From an uncultured Gemmatimonadales bacterium (GTDB taxonomy: Bacteria > Gemmatimonadota > Gemmatimonadetes > Gemmatimonadales > GWC2-71-9): a stretch of 64,000 nt of DNA. Below, piece by piece: positions 1-11,863 of the stretch. A program made the position numbers and the translations under genes. Below the pieces are notes generated by a model. The model did no database searches, was not told the DNA's origin, and saw nothing but the letters and a program-made list of their open reading frames with translations. Position 1 is the first letter of the stretch, and each line of letters starts with the position of its first letter. The DNA is taken from contig CAWGED010000019.1 in the NCBI GenBank assembly GCA_963821525.1, positions 832,001-896,000 of the forward strand. The letters are read 5' to 3'.

Positions 1-1827
1 ACTCTGCCATACCTCGGGGTCCCCCGGATATCTGCGCGCCGCCGTGTCGAGCGCCGCGAAGAGTCGGCGGTGCATGGTGAAGAACGTCGTGTCCTCGTCA
101 TTCAGCGCCAATTCAAGCGAGTCGGCAAGTAGGAGCAGGCTGTCCCGCGGGCTGAGACCCTGGTTCAGGGCTGCCGCCTTCAGACCGTACGCGCCTGCCA
201 ACTCGAAGCGCTTCCTGGTAGAAGGTGTCCAGCCAAGGACCAGGAACATGCGCCGGTAGGCCAAGGCAAACCCGCTGTCCAGCTCGGTGGCGCGGCTGTA
301 GTGCACCAGGGCCGAGTCCCACAGGCCATGGCGATACAGCTGCTCGCCTTGCAGATACTCCTTCAAGGCGGGAAGAGAAACCCCGCCGAAGGGAGTTTTC
401 CGAACGGCAGCGACCGCGCGATCACTCCCAAGCTGCCGCAGCACTGCGAGCGCGAGCGAGTCGGCACAGCGGTCAATTCCTGCCGTGTCTCCCCGGATCT
501 CGACCTCGACAGGCGGTGTGCCCGCTGACAGGTTCAGCAGCGCCGCTCTGAGGCGCACCGAGTCGCGCCCGCCCATGAGGACCGATCCGAAGACCACCAG
601 CCCAGCTCCCGTCGCCCGCCCCAGGGCCTCGGCGGAGGCTCGGTCGGATCGGCCACTCCAGTTCCGCACGAACCTGGTAGGCGGCACGGTTTGGAGGGCC
701 CCGGCTCCATCCAGACTGCGTGAGAGGTAGTCCACCAGCCCTTCCCGCCATGATTCGAGCGGCTCGCCTCGGACATCGAAAGGCGCGACAGCTAGAAGAT
801 TCGGATCAAGGTCCTTTGGCGGCCGGTGAACCAGGCGCCAGACCGAGGCCCCAATGGCGACTAGGGCAAGGGTGACCACGATCGGCCGCCATCGCTTCCT
901 CGGTTCAGCGGGTGGACGGAGGGGTGGGTGCGGCGCTGCCGCCTGCGCCGCCGGACTCAGTGCGGCCGCAAATGCGCCGACCGTTGGGAACCGATCGGCC
1001 GGTTGTTTAGCGAGCGCTCGGCGGATTGCCGCCTCGATCCCGCCCGACACTGTGGCCCGCACCGCCCGCAGCGGCGGCACCGGATCCAGCGCATGGCGGG
1101 CCCGCACCTCTTGAGGGTTCCTGCCCAGAAACGGCGGATGGCCCGCCAGCAGCTCATACAGCACACACCCCAGGCTGTACTGATCCGTCCGTCCATCCAA
1201 CTCGGCGTCCCCCGCTGCCTGCTCCGGGCTCATGTAGTCCGGAGTTCCGACCGCGAGACCCGTTTCCGTAAAGTCTGGTCCCGCCCGCTTGCTCCACCGC
1301 CCGCGCGATGCCGAAATCGGCCACGACCGCATGGCTGCCCGAGAGCAGGATGTTTTCCGGCTTGATGTCGCGATGAATCAGTCCATGCTGGTGGGCATAC
1401 TCCAGCGCGTCGGCTACCTCCCGCGTGATGCGGACCGCGTCTTCGAGCGAGAGCTGACGCTCCCGGTCCAGCCGATCTCGCAGCGACTCACCCTCCACGA
1501 ACGGCATGACGTAGAACAGAAACTCAGCGGCAGGGCGGCCGGCGGCTCGGCGGCTAGGCTCACCGAGCCGGAATCGTAGAGTGGCAGGATGTGGGGATGC
1601 TGTAGATTCGCTGTCAGCTGGATCTCGCGGAGGAACCGCTCACTGCCGAGTGCCGCGGCCAGCTCGGGTCGCAGCACCTTGATCGCGACCGGCCGAGCGT
1701 GCTTGAGATCCTGGGCAAGGTAGACCGTCGCCATCCCACCGCGACCGAGCTCGCGCTCAATCGTGTAGCGGCCGACGAAGGCAGACTGGAGTCTTTCGAG
1801 GACCTCCGGCAAGTCTCCTGATTTCAA
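1..1827 (-). CDS. Hanks-type Ser/Thr protein kinase with TM segment and C-terminal extension; frameshifted; runs off left edge
   Basis: GRGGMATVY and VAIK (1414-1827), HRDIKPEN and DFG (1154-1507), and MSPEQ...DQYSLG lie in different frames; breaks near 1540 and 1270; hydrophobic segment [15 protein letters not shown] near 840-885. Confidence 0.85.
1523..1559. repeat. Degenerate 8-bp tandem repeat (GCCGAGCC-type) inside the kinase gene
   Basis: Minus strand GCCTAGCC GCCGAGCC GCCG-GCC GCCCTGCC GCTGAG. Confidence 0.7.
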
Positions 1828-1860
1828 CGGGAATGCTGGAAAGCTACAGCCCTGCCAGCC

Positions 1861-3419
1861 TCAGCGCCGAATGACCACCCCCGGCCGCGCCCCGGTTGCC
1901 GCGCCGTTCTCGAACACAGGGATGCCATTCACCCACACCGCCACAATCCCGGTCGAGAGTTCGTGCGGCTTCTCCGTCGTCGCATTATCAATCACTGTGC
2001 TCGGGTCAAACAACACCATGTCGGCTGCGAGCCCCTGCGCGATACGACCACGATCGGTGAACCCCATGTGTTCGGCCGCGAGAGCAGTCGCCTTGTGAAC
2101 CGCTTCGGCCAGCGACAGGACGTTTCTCTCCCTCACGTACCGGCCGAGGATTCTAGGATAGGTGCCGAAGCCGCGCGGGTGCCCGCCGTCGAGCTCGCCG
2201 TCGGTGCAGAAATTAGTGTGCGGCCAGCGCATCAGCCGCTCGATGTCAGGCTCGGTCATGCTGGTGCCGATGACACTCTCGTTGACACTGCCGTGCTCCT
2301 TCTCCAACTGGTGAATTCGCCGCACCAGCTCGATCAGCGCCGTCACCGAATCGACGCCGAGCTCCTTCGCCGCATAGGCTACGGTTCGTCCTTGGAAGGC
2401 CGGCGTGGGTTCGTAGTGGTCGAGCAGCAATCCTTCCGGCGTTGACACCTGGGTCACCGCGAATTCGGCAGCCTTGCGATCCTCGTAGTCCCGGTCGGGG
2501 AACAGCACGGTCAGGGTGGAGTGCCAGTATGGGTAGGGATAGATGTCGGCACTGATTTTACCCCGGATGCGCGCGCCGCGTCCATGACGCCCACCAGGCT
2601 GTCCGCCTTTCCCCACAGGTCTCGCATCGCGAGCTTGATGTGCGACACCTGCACCGGCATGCCGGTTTCCCGCCCAATCGTGATCAATTCATCCAGAGCC
2701 TTCCAGAAGTATCGGTCCTCGCTCCGCATATGGCTGATGTACCGGCCTTTGTACCCCGCGGCCACTCGCGCCAGGGCGAGCACTTCTGAAGGAGCCGAGT
2801 AGATCCCGGGGTCGTATTCGAGACCGGTGGAGAGGCCGAGCGCTCCGGCGACCATTTCCTGCCGTAGGATGTAAGCCATCCGCCCCACTTCCTCGGCGGT
2901 CGCCTCGCGCTGGAAATTCGCGCCCATGACGATCTGCCGGATGGTATTGTGGCCGGCGTAGGACGCGACATTCACCGCGACCGGATTCTTCTCCAATCCA
3001 GTGAAGAAGTCGCGCAGCGGATAGACCTCGCCGCCGTCCTGCCCCACGACAACAGTGGTGATTCCCTGACTTACCGAGCCCAGCGCATCGGGATGCTCAC
3101 GCTCCCCTTTGTCGATCTCGCTGAATCCCTCGTCGGCGTGGCTGTGGGTGTCGATAAAACCGGGAGCGACGGCCAAGCCGTGGGCTTCGACGACTGGCTC
3201 TCCACTGTTCGGCTTGAGGTCACCCACCTCTTGGATCTTGCCGTCTCGAACCCGGACGCTTCCCCGGACTGGCTCCGAACCTGTTCCATCGTAGATCAGG
3301 GCATCTCGGATCAGGAATGCGGCTGGTGATTTGGGCGCGGCCTGGGCCGCAAGGCACAGCGGAAGGAGGCCAGCCACCATGATTCCGTGGCCGGCGGAGC
3401 GGAGCAGTTGTGATTTCAT
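1861..3419 (-). CDS. N-acyl-D-amino-acid deacylase (D-aminoacylase) family amidohydrolase with signal peptide; one frameshift near 2560
   Basis: PGFIDTHSH, GITTVVVGQDG, GLSTGLEY, SHIK in ORF 2511-3419; ADIYPY, HPRGFGTYPR, ADMVLFDP in ORF 1861-2616. Confidence 0.85.
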
Positions 3420-3499
3420 GCCTCAACGATACCGAGAAATTTGACGGGTGCGAAGGGCCGGGTACCTTCTTCGCACCCCCAATCGAACTGGAGAGGTTG

Positions 3500-4762
3500 A
3501 TGCGGCACCTTCACCGAGTCATGACGCTGTTTGCCGCGCTTTCGATCATACCCGCGCTGGCGTCGGCCCAGACCATCTTCGTCCATGCCGCCCGCATGCT
3601 GAATGTGCGGACCGGACAGATCGAGAGCCCCGCCACCGTGGTCATCTCGGGTGACCGCATCCAGGCCGTTCGCGCGGAGGCGCCGGCCGACGCCAAGGTG
3701 ATCGAGCTGGGAGACGTGACGCTTCTCCCCGGTCTCACCGACATGCACGTCCATCTGACCGGCGATCTCGAAGGAGATTGGGTTCATCGTGACGTCACCG
3801 AGACTGCGGTGGACGCGGCACTCCGCGGTGTCGTGAACGCCCGAAAGACGTTGCTCGCCGGTTTCACTACGGTCCGGAACGTCGGCGCCCCGGGTGGTTC
3901 GGACGTGAGCCTGATGCACGCCATCGACGAGGGATGGGTCATCGGCCCGCGCATCGTACCCGCTCGAAGCGCCATCGGGATTACCGGTGGTCACTGCGAT
4001 GTGACCGGCTACGCGCCAGGGATCGCGCAGCTGGGGCCGGAGGACGGGGTCGCGGACGGGATAGACCAGGCGCTCAAGGCCGTGCGCTACCAGATCAAGT
4101 ACGGCGCCAAGGTCATCAAGATCTGCGCGACGGCCGGCGTGCTTTCCTTCGAGGGGCCGGTCGGGGCACAGCAACTTTCAGAAGACGAGATGAGGGCCAT
4201 CGTGCAGGAGGCGGCCCGTCACGGTCTGAAGGTGGCCGCGCATGCCCACGGGACGGAGGGGATCCTGGCCGCGGTGCGAGCCGGGGTGGCCTCCATCGAA
4301 CACGGCTCCATGCTCAATGACGAGGCCATCGCCCTGATGAAGCAGCGCGGGACCTACCTCGTTCCCACCGCCTACCTGCTTACGGCGGTCGATCCTGCCA
4401 AGATGCCGCCTGCGATCAAGGCGAAAATGGAGCAGATCATTCCCCTGGCGCAGGAGAGCCACCGCAAGGCGATTCGCGCCGGCGTGAAAATCGCCTTCGG
4501 CACCGACGCCGCGGTCTATCCTCATGGTGACAACGCCAAGGAGTTCGCGGTCCTGGTGGGCTACGGCATGAAGCCAATCGACGCGATCCGGACCGCCACA
4601 CTCAACGCGGCCGATCTTCTTGGCGTCACCGACCGCGGCGAGATCGCCGCGGGGAAGCTGGCGGATCTGATCGCGGTACCTGGCAACCCGCTCAACGATG
4701 TGCACGTGCTGGAGCAGGTCCGCTTCGTGATGAAGGGTGGAGTCGTGGTGAAGCAGGAGTGA
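3500..4762 (+). CDS. Metal-dependent amidohydrolase (Xaa-Pro dipeptidase-like), secreted
   Basis: PGLTDMHVH, GFTTVRNVG, AAHAHG, SIEHG, FGTDA, GKLADL; ATG 3500 preceded by GGAGAGG; signal peptide ending ALASA-Q. Confidence 0.9.
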   Translation: MRHLHRVMTLFAALSIIPALASAQTIFVHAARMLNVRTGQIESPATVVISGDRIQAVRAEAPADAKVIELGDVTLLPGLTDMHVHLTGDLEGDWVHRDVTETAVDAALRGVVNARKTLLAGFTTVRNVGAPGGSDVSLMHAIDEGWVIGPRIVPARSAIGITGGHCDVTGYAPGIAQLGPEDGVADGIDQALKAVRYQIKYGAKVIKICATAGVLSFEGPVGAQQLSEDEMRAIVQEAARHGLKVAAHAHGTEGILAAVRAGVASIEHGSMLNDEAIALMKQRGTYLVPTAYLLTAVDPAKMPPAIKAKMEQIIPLAQESHRKAIRAGVKIAFGTDAAVYPHGDNAKEFAVLVGYGMKPIDAIRTATLNAADLLGVTDRGEIAAGKLADLIAVPGNPLNDVHVLEQVRFVMKGGVVVKQE

Positions 4763-4776
4763 ATCAGGGAGCAGTT

Positions 4777-4797
4777 CTCGGTACTCGGTACTCGGTA
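4777..4797. repeat. Heptamer tandem repeat (CTCGGTA)x3 between convergent genes
   Basis: ctcggta ctcggta ctcggta read directly. Confidence 0.85.
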
Positions 4798-4808
4798 TCT
4801 ACACACGA

Positions 4809-6290
4809 CTAAAGGATATATCTCCTCAAATCATCGTCATCGATGATCTTGGCCAGCTTCTGCCGCACCCGCTCGGCGTCGAACACGATGTGCTTCTCGG
4901 GATAGTTGGGCAGCTCGAACAGCACTTCATCCATCACTGTCGACATCACGGTGTGGAGCCGCCGGGCGCCGATGTTCTCCATCCGGTCGTTGGCCATGAA
5001 CGCGAGCCGCGCGATCTCCCGCACGCCGTCGTCCGTCAATTCGAGTGTCGCCCCTTCGGCGGCCACCAGCGCCTGGTATTGCCGAGTGAGCGCGTTCTCC
5101 GGCTCGGTCATGATCCGGACGAAATCTTCCTCGGTAAGCGGCTGGAGCTCCACCCGGATCGGGAATCTTCCTTGTAACTCGGGAATGAGATCCGACGGCT
5201 TGGAGACATGGAACGCCCCAGCCGCGATGAACAGGATGTGGTCGGTTCGCACGTATCCGTAGCGGGTCTGAATCGTCGAGCCCTCGACGATGGGGAGCAG
5301 ATCCCGCTGCACACCTTCGCGGGAGACGTCGGGCCCGGTCTGGGCCCGTTCACCTGCGATCTTGTCGATCTCGTCGATGAACAGGACACCGTGGTTCTCG
5401 ACCCGGTCGAGCGCCTCATTCACCACGTCGTCCATGTCAACCAGCTTCTTGAGCTCTTCGTCCGCCAGGATCCTGCGCGCCTCGGGAAGCCGCACGGTAC
5501 GCCGCTTCTTCCGCTTGGGCAGCATCTCCTGGAGCATCTCCATGAAGTTGATGTCCTGGCCTTCCATGCCCTGCGGCGGCTGCATCATCTCGAGCATGGG
5601 AAAGGCCTGCGGCGTCACATCTACCTCGACCTCACGGTCGTCGAGCTGCCCTTCCTTGAGCATCCGGCGCAGCTTCTCCCGAGAGCGCTGGTGCCGCTCC
5701 TCCTCCGGACTGGAGGGCTTCTCCTGTCGGGCCTGGCCGGCCGGGCCAACAACGAAGATGCCGGCGGATTCGGACCCTGCCGCTCCAGCCTTTCCCCCAG
5801 ATTCCACCTTGGCTGGCGGCGGCGGGAGGAGAATATCCAGCAGCCGTTCGTCTGCCCGCTGCTCGGCGATGGGGAAGACATCATCCTCCCGCTCGGTCCG
5901 CACCATGCTGATCGCGGCATCCACCAGATCGCGGATCATGGATTCCGCGTCCCGTCCCACGTAACCCACCTCGGTGAACTTCGAGGCTTCGACCTTGATG
6001 AACGGCGCGCCTGCGAGCCGAGCCAGCCGGCGCGCGATCTCGGTCTTCCCCACCCCGGTAGGGCCGATGAGGATGATGTTGTAGGGGGTGATCTCGTCCC
6101 GGATGGACTCCGGGGTCTGGGACCGGCGCCAGCGATTCCTGATGGCGATCGCGACTGCGCGCTTAGCGGCTTGCTGCCCCACAATGTAGCGATCCAACTC
6201 CGCCACAATCTGCGCCGGGGGCAACTCCTCGAGCCAGGGTGGCTGGGGAGGCGGTTCCTCGGCCTGGGGGATGGGGAGTACGTCGGTCAT
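4809..6290 (-). CDS. hslU: ATP-dependent protease ATPase subunit HslU
   Basis: GPTGVGKTEIARRLA, EASKFTEVGYVG, FIDEIDKI, GRFPIRVEL, NIGARRL, C-terminal DLRRYIL. Confidence 0.98.
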   Translation of the reverse strand: MTDVLPIPQAEEPPPQPPWLEELPPAQIVAELDRYIVGQQAAKRAVAIAIRNRWRRSQTPESIRDEITPYNIILIGPTGVGKTEIARRLARLAGAPFIKVEASKFTEVGYVGRDAESMIRDLVDAAISMVRTEREDDVFPIAEQRADERLLDILLPPPPAKVESGGKAGAAGSESAGIFVVGPAGQARQEKPSSPEEERHQRSREKLRRMLKEGQLDDREVEVDVTPQAFPMLEMMQPPQGMEGQDINFMEMLQEMLPKRKKRRTVRLPEARRILADEELKKLVDMDDVVNEALDRVENHGVLFIDEIDKIAGERAQTGPDVSREGVQRDLLPIVEGSTIQTRYGYVRTDHILFIAAGAFHVSKPSDLIPELQGRFPIRVELQPLTEEDFVRIMTEPENALTRQYQALVAAEGATLELTDDGVREIARLAFMANDRMENIGARRLHTVMSTVMDEVLFELPNYPEKHIVFDAERVRQKLAKIIDDDDLRRYIL

Positions 6291-6304
6291 GAGAGGTTCG
6301 ACAA

Positions 6305-6372
6305 CTGGCTATTAGCCCTAGGTTAGCATTGCTGCTGGCATGGGAAATCTAAAGCTAACAGCTAATAGCTAG
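6305..6372. repeat. Inverted heptamer-like repeat element (GCTATTA/TAATAGC)
   Basis: CTGGCTATTAGC...GTTAGC pairs with GCTAAC...GCTAATAGCTAG. Confidence 0.65.
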
Positions 6373-6377
6373 CGCTC

Positions 6378-6908
6378 CTACAATTCCAGAATCGTCAGGT
6401 TGCGATTGGTAAAAACACAAATATCGGCCGCGATCTCCAGCGACCGCTGCACCACGTCACGCGCTGAAAGCGTCGGATCGGGAGCCAGCGCTCGTGCTGC
6501 CGCCAAGGCATAGTTGCCCCCCGAGCCGATCGCCAGAATACCGTCATCAGGCTCGATCAATTCTCCCGCGCCACTCAGCAGAAAGGTGTGTTCCAGGTCC
6601 GCCACGATCAGGAGTGCCTCCAGCCTCCGCAGCACCCGATCGCCTCTCCAGTCCTTCGCGAGCTCGACCGAGGCGCGAGGCAAGTTGCCGGGGTAGCGAT
6701 CGAGCTTCTCCTCGAATTTCTCATACAGCGTGATCGCATCGGCCACCGATCCCGCGAATCCTGCCAGGACTTTCCCTCCCTTGAGGGCCCTGATCTTGTT
6801 GGCCTGCGCTTTGACGATGGTATCCCCGATGGACACCTGACCGTCTCCGCCCATGGCGACTTTGCCGCCCTTGCGGAGGGCGAGGATGGTGGTGGCGTGG
6901 TGCGTCAT
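6378..6908 (-). CDS. hslV: ATP-dependent protease peptidase subunit HslV
   Basis: [38 protein letters not shown]; the ATG at 6929 lies in the repeat array, so 6908 is preferred. Confidence 0.97.
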   Translation of the reverse strand: MTHHATTILALRKGGKVAMGGDGQVSIGDTIVKAQANKIRALKGGKVLAGFAGSVADAITLYEKFEEKLDRYPGNLPRASVELAKDWRGDRVLRRLEALLIVADLEHTFLLSGAGELIEPDDGILAIGSGGNYALAAARALAPDPTLSARDVVQRSLEIAADICVFTNRNLTILEL

Positions 6909-7081
6909 GAGTCTTGGGTCGTGGGTCATGAGTCTTGGGTCATAGAGTCGCGAATCTCTACTCCGTGTTCGGTTTACGGCTGTTCAGAGATCGGGATTGC
7001 GGCTCCTGACCGGTCTTTTGACCCACGACTCATGACCCACGACCCAAGACTCACGACCGTGACACTCTGACACCTGACACC
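6904..7081. repeat. Inverted heptamer tandem-repeat element with ~70-bp spacer
   Basis: Left arm gtcatga gtcttgg gtcgtgg gtcatga gtcttgg; right arm gacccac gactcat gacccac gacccaa gactcac, then gacacct x2. Confidence 0.85.
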
Positions 7082-8022
7082 TACGCTCTAGGATGCGCCT
7101 GCTGATACACCTGCTTCAGCCGCTCGACGCTGGTGTGGGTGTAGATCTGAGTCGTGCTCAGGCTCGAGTGACCCAGCAGCTCCTGCACCGCCCGAAGATC
7201 GGCCCCCGCATCCAGCAGATGCGTGGCGAAGGTGTGGCGCAGGGAGTGCACCCGCAAGCCATCGCCGCCGACGGTTTCAAACGCCCGATGGATCAGGCGC
7301 TGTACGCTGCGCGGAGTGAGCCGCCGTCCACCACGACCCACGAAAACCGCCTGCCGGTCGGCACCGGGGAGCCGCACCGGAGCCTGTCGCGCCTCAAGGT
7401 ACCTCCGGAGCGCACGACTCGCCCGATTCCCTACCGGGACGATGCGTTCCTTCCTCCCCTTGCCGCGCAGCTTCACCTGATCGCTCAACAGGTCAAGGTC
7501 ATCGAGATTGAGCCCGGTGAGCTCCGACAGGCGAGGCCCACTGGAGTAGAACAGCTCCAGCATGGCGAGGTCCCGCAAAGCGGCGAATTGATCATCGCTG
7601 GCTCGCGCCTCCATCGCCTCGAACAGCGTCTCGGTCCGTGAGCGGTCGAGATAGGTCGGGAGCTTCCGGCCCAGCTTCGGGGCCTTCGCCGCACGGAGCA
7701 GCGGGCTCTCGATACCATGCTCGCGCTGCAGGTACCGGTAGAAGGCGCGAACCGCAGATAGCGCTCTCGCGATGGACCGCTTGGCCAGGCCACGCCGCTG
7801 CAATTCTCCGAGGAAGCCACGCGCTCCCAACCGATCCACCTTCTCCCACCGGAATCGCGAGCCATACTCCTTCAGGCAGTATTGCTCGAAGGCCTCGAGA
7901 TCGCGCCCGTAGGCCCGTACCGTATTGGGCGACTGCTGGCGCTGCTTCTCGAGGTATTCGAGAAAGCTCCGAATCTGTTTGCGGCTCGGCGGCTCGGCGG
8001 CTCGGCGGCTCGGCAGGCTCAT
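7081..8022 (-). CDS. xerC: Tyrosine recombinase XerC
   Basis: SPNTVRAY, LRDLAMLELFYSSGPRLSEL, GKGRKER, HSLRHTFATHLL, LGHSSLSTTQIYTH; topA-trmFO-xerC-hslVU order; ATGA overlap with trmFO stop. Confidence 0.92.
   Translation of the reverse strand: MSLPSRRAAEPPSRKQIRSFLEYLEKQRQQSPNTVRAYGRDLEAFEQYCLKEYGSRFRWEKVDRLGARGFLGELQRRGLAKRSIARALSAVRAFYRYLQREHGIESPLLRAAKAPKLGRKLPTYLDRSRTETLFEAMEARASDDQFAALRDLAMLELFYSSGPRLSELTGLNLDDLDLLSDQVKLRGKGRKERIVPVGNRASRALRRYLEARQAPVRLPGADRQAVFVGRGGRRLTPRSVQRLIHRAFETVGGDGLRVHSLRHTFATHLLDAGADLRAVQELLGHSSLSTTQIYTHTSVERLKQVYQQAHPRA
7981..8020. repeat. 8-bp tandem repeat (GCGGCTCG)x4 plus one degenerate unit in the xerC 5' end
   Basis: gcggctcg x4 then gcaggctc; encodes [13 protein letters not shown]. 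Confidence 0.9.
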
Positions 8023-9327
8023 AGTTGAGATGACCACGTCTGGAAGTCTCGCCGTGCGCGTTCGACCAGGGCCTGCTTCCTCGCCTCTTTCCCATCCCGC
8101 CCCCCCTTCACCTTCTCGATGGGGTCGAGCAAGCCGAAATTCGCATTCATCGGCTGGAAGTGACGAGGATCTGCCTCTCGAAGGTAACGATAGAGGCCGC
8201 CCAGCATGGTGGTGACCGGCGGTACTGCGGATGGGAGACCGCGCAGGCGCCGCGCGAGATTGATCCCGGCGAGAAGACCGGTACCCAGTGATTCGGTGTA
8301 CCCCTCGACACCGGTGAACTGGCCCGCGAAGAAGAGCAGGTCATCATCCTTCGCGGTAAGCGCAGGACCCAGGGAGGCGGGACTGTTCACGTAGGCGTTC
8401 CGGTGAATGCTTCCGTAACGCAGGAACTCACCCTGCTCCAGTCCGGGAATCATCCGGAAGACCCGCTGCTGTTCCGGGATCCTCAGCCGAGTCTGGAATC
8501 CGACCAGATTCCACATCTGCCCTGCCCGGTCTTCGCGGCGCAACTGCACCACCGCGTACGGCTCCCGGCCATTCCGGGGATCGCGCAAGCCGACCGGCTT
8601 CATGGGCCCGAAGCGCAGTGTCTCCGGACCGCGCCGAGCCATCTCCTCGATGGGGAGGCAGCCCTCGAAATAGGGGACCTTGTCAAAGTCGTGGCCGCTG
8701 AACTGGTCCGCCGAGACCAGTTCCGAGAGGAACGACTGCGTAGGCGTCCCGGTCGAGCGGCGCGTTGAGGTAGTCGTCTCCCTCACCCTTCCCGTATCGG
8801 GATAGCGCGTAGAGGCGCTCGTGGTCGAGGGATTCGGCCGAGACGATCGGAGCGATGGCGTCGTAGAATGCCAACGCGGTGCCGCCGAGTCGCTGGCTGA
8901 TGCACTCCGCCAGCCGATCAGAGGTGAGGGGACCGGTCGCCACGATGCCGGGAGAGGGAAGGTCCGCGATTTCCCCACGGCGCACCGTCACCCGCGGATG
9001 CGCGGTCACCCGATGGTGCACTTCCTGAGAGAATTGGTCGCGATCTACCGCGAGCGCCGCCCCGGCCGGCACCCGGGCCAGGTCGGCGCACTGCAGTAGC
9101 AGGCTGCCCAAGTCGCGCAACTCGGCCTTGAGCAGACCGTGCGCGTTGGTGAGCTCGACCGATTTGAAGGAGTTGCTGCAGACCAGCTCGGCGAGACGAT
9201 CAGTCTGATGGGCCGCGGTCCGGACTACGGGCCGCATCTCGCACAACGTGACGTCGATGCCTCGTTCGGCCAGGGCCCACGCTGCTTCGCAGCCGGCGAG
9301 GCCTCCACCGACTACGGTCGCGTTCAC
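8019..9327 (-). CDS. trmFO: Folate/FAD-dependent tRNA U54 methyltransferase TrmFO; one +1 frameshift near 8740
   Basis: [26 protein letters not shown], then [35 protein letters not shown]; removing one base gives ...DAYQSFLSEL; GTGA overlap with topA stop. Confidence 0.93.
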
Positions 9328-11741
9328 GTCGCGGCGGCCTCCTCGGCGTCCATCACGACTACTCGGTGCCGGCACCGGAGGCAGGTCAGGGTTTCCCCCT
9401 CTGCCTTGCTGATCTTCTTCTCCATCCCGACCCAACCGCAGCTCGGACATGTCTCGGGTACCGGACGATTCCAGGTGGAGAAATCACAAGCCGGATACCG
9501 CACGCATCCCCAGAAGGATTTGCCCCGCTTGGTGCGCCGCTCCGCCAGATCCCCTTCGAGACATTTGGGGCACTTCATCCCCAATGGCATCGAGCGCGTG
9601 CCCTTGCACTCCGGATAGCGAGTGCAGGCGAGAAACTCGCCGAAGCGGCCGGTCTTGATCACCATCGGCGCGCCGCACAACTGGCACTTTTCGTCCGAAG
9701 GCCGGTCCGGTGTCTTCTGCTTCTTGAGCGACTTCACGTAGTCGCACGACTTCTTGTAGTTCTCGCAGGCGAAGTAGGGCCCAAAGCGTCCGGTGCGGAG
9801 CTCGACCCGGCTGCCGCACTTGGGACAGCGCTCGCGGGCCAGCTCTTCGGACTTGAGACCGTGTGCCTCCGCCACGATGGCGCTCAGGTTCACGGCATCC
9901 AGGGCTTTGGTAAACGGCCCATAGAAGTCCTGCAGCACCTGCTGCCAGCCCAACTCCCCTTCTTCAATCTTGTCCAGCTCCGTCTCCATCTCCGACGTGA
10001 ACTCGACGTTGAAGATCGAGGGGAAGCTTTCCACCATGATCCGCTCGACGGTCTCGCCCAGCTCGGTGGGCGAGAATCGCCGCTGCTCCAGGCGCACGTA
10101 TTCGCGCGCGGTTAGCGTGCTGATGATCTGCGCGTAGGTGGACGGGCGCCCGATGCCCAGGCGCTCGAGTTCCTTCACGAGGCTCGCTTCCGAGAAGCGC
10201 GGTGGCGGCTCGGTGAAATGCTGGTTGGGAGTGATCTGACGGACCTCAACCCGGTCGCCCACGGCGAGCGGCGGGATGGGTGGCAGATCGTCCATGGACT
10301 TCCCTTCCTCGGCCTCGCGACCCTCGAGATAGAGAGTGTGATAACCGTCGAAGACCAGCACCGATCCCGTCGCCCGCAATAGATAACGGCCCAGATCGAA
10401 GTCCACGACGGTGACATCGTACACCGCCGGGTTCATCTGAGAAGCTACGAACCGCTGCCAGATCAGCTGGTAGAGACGGAACTGGTCGGGTTCGAGGTAA
10501 GGCTGGACCTGCTCCGGCCGGCGGCTGACGTCGGTCGGACGAATCGCCTCGTGGGCGTCCTGAGTACGAGCGGCCTTCGAGGTATACGTGTTCGGCGATT
10601 CCGGGAGATACGGCTTGGCGTAGTTCTTTTCGATGAAGCCTCGTACCGCGGCGATCGCGGTGTCGGAGACTCGCACCGAGTCGGTCCGCATGTAGGTGAT
10701 GAGACCGACCGGTCCCTCCTCGCCCACATCGATGCCTTCGTAGAGGTCCTGCGCGGCCCGCATTGTCCGCCGGGAAGAGAAGCCCAGCTTCTTCGCCGCT
10801 TCCTGTTGTATAGTGCTGGTGGTAAACGGCGCGCCCGGCCGCTTACGACGCTGCTTCTTTTCGACTTTGGAGACGATGAACGGAAGCTTCTCCAGCTCCG
10901 CGACGATCTGCTTCGCATCCTTCTCGTTGGTCAGGTGCGGGTTGTGCCCATCAATCTTCTTCAGCTCCGCATCGAATTCCTGTCCATTCTTGGCGCACGC
11001 CGCCTCGATGGTCCAGTACTCCTGCGGCTTGAAGGCGCGAATCTCCCGCTCCCGCTCGACGATCAGGCGGAGAGCGACGGTCTGTACTCGCCCGGCGGAG
11101 AGACCGGTCTTGATGCTGTGCCAGAGGATGGGGCTGGCCTTGTAGCCCACCAGACGATCGAGAATCCGGCGTGCCTGCTGTGCCTTCACCTTGTCGTCGT
11201 CAATGACGCCAGGTTCGGCGACGGCCTTTTGGACCGCATCTTTGGTGATCTCGTGGAACAGGACCCGGTGGAGGGGTGCTTGGGTATCGAGCTGGTCGGC
11301 CACGTGCCATGCGATCGCCTCACCCTCGCGATCGGGGTCCGTCGCCAGGTATACGGCACGCGCCGTCTTGGCAGCGTGCTTCAGCTCGTTCAGGGTCTTG
11401 GTCTTTCCTTTAATAGTGACGTACTCGGGCTGGAACCCGTTGTCGACATCGACGCCGAGCTTCCGGGTAGGAAGGTCCCGCACATGCCCGATCGTAGCTT
11501 TGACATCGAACCCCCGGCCCAGGTACTTGCCGATGCTCTTGGCCTTGGTAGGGGATTCCACCACCACGAGCGCATCCCCCTTCCCTCCCACCGCACGGGT
11601 GGGTTCGGGCTTACGGGTGCGCTTCCGAGGCTTGGTGACCGCGGAGGGGAGTGCCTTACCGTTGCCTTCGGCGGCCGGCTTCGTCGCGGCTTTCTTCCGC
11701 GACGTGCGCCTGGCCGCAGTCTTGGTTTTCTGCGTTGCCAT
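9324..11741 (-). CDS. topA: DNA topoisomerase I with C-terminal zinc ribbons
   Basis: [49 protein letters not shown], repeated CxxC motifs. Confidence 0.98.
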   Translation of the reverse strand: MATQKTKTAARRTSRKKAATKPAAEGNGKALPSAVTKPRKRTRKPEPTRAVGGKGDALVVVESPTKAKSIGKYLGRGFDVKATIGHVRDLPTRKLGVDVDNGFQPEYVTIKGKTKTLNELKHAAKTARAVYLATDPDREGEAIAWHVADQLDTQAPLHRVLFHEITKDAVQKAVAEPGVIDDDKVKAQQARRILDRLVGYKASPILWHSIKTGLSAGRVQTVALRLIVEREREIRAFKPQEYWTIEAACAKNGQEFDAELKKIDGHNPHLTNEKDAKQIVAELEKLPFIVSKVEKKQRRKRPGAPFTTSTIQQEAAKKLGFSSRRTMRAAQDLYEGIDVGEEGPVGLITYMRTDSVRVSDTAIAAVRGFIEKNYAKPYLPESPNTYTSKAARTQDAHEAIRPTDVSRRPEQVQPYLEPDQFRLYQLIWQRFVASQMNPAVYDVTVVDFDLGRYLLRATGSVLVFDGYHTLYLEGREAEEGKSMDDLPPIPPLAVGDRVEVRQITPNQHFTEPPPRFSEASLVKELERLGIGRPSTYAQIISTLTAREYVRLEQRRFSPTELGETVERIMVESFPSIFNVEFTSEMETELDKIEEGELGWQQVLQDFYGPFTKALDAVNLSAIVAEAHGLKSEELARERCPKCGSRVELRTGRFGPYFACENYKKSCDYVKSLKKQKTPDRPSDEKCQLCGAPMVIKTGRFGEFLACTRYPECKGTRSMPLGMKCPKCLEGDLAERRTKRGKSFWGCVRYPACDFSTWNRPVPETCPSCGWVGMEKKISKAEGETLTCLRCRHRVVVMDAEEAAAT

Positions 11742-11863
11742 GGCTCCTAAACTGACGACTTCGTTTCTCCGGAGGTACTACCCAGATCGCCCACAAGAAA
11801 ACGCGGGACCGGGGGGGTTGGCAAGGAGAGAATTTCTAATCCATTGTACTACATACACTTATT

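Noticed and set aside
6909..6929. HslV N-terminal extension MTHDPRL
   Set aside because: Just the translation of the heptamer array; ATG 6908 gives a normal short propeptide before TT.
6904..7081. Repeat arrays as possible CRISPR
   Set aside because: Units are 7 bp and contiguous, with no unique spacers and no cas genes.
7081..8022. Tyrosine recombinase as a prophage or island integrase
   Set aside because: Lies in the conserved topA-trmFO-xerC-hslVU context; no att sites or cargo seen.
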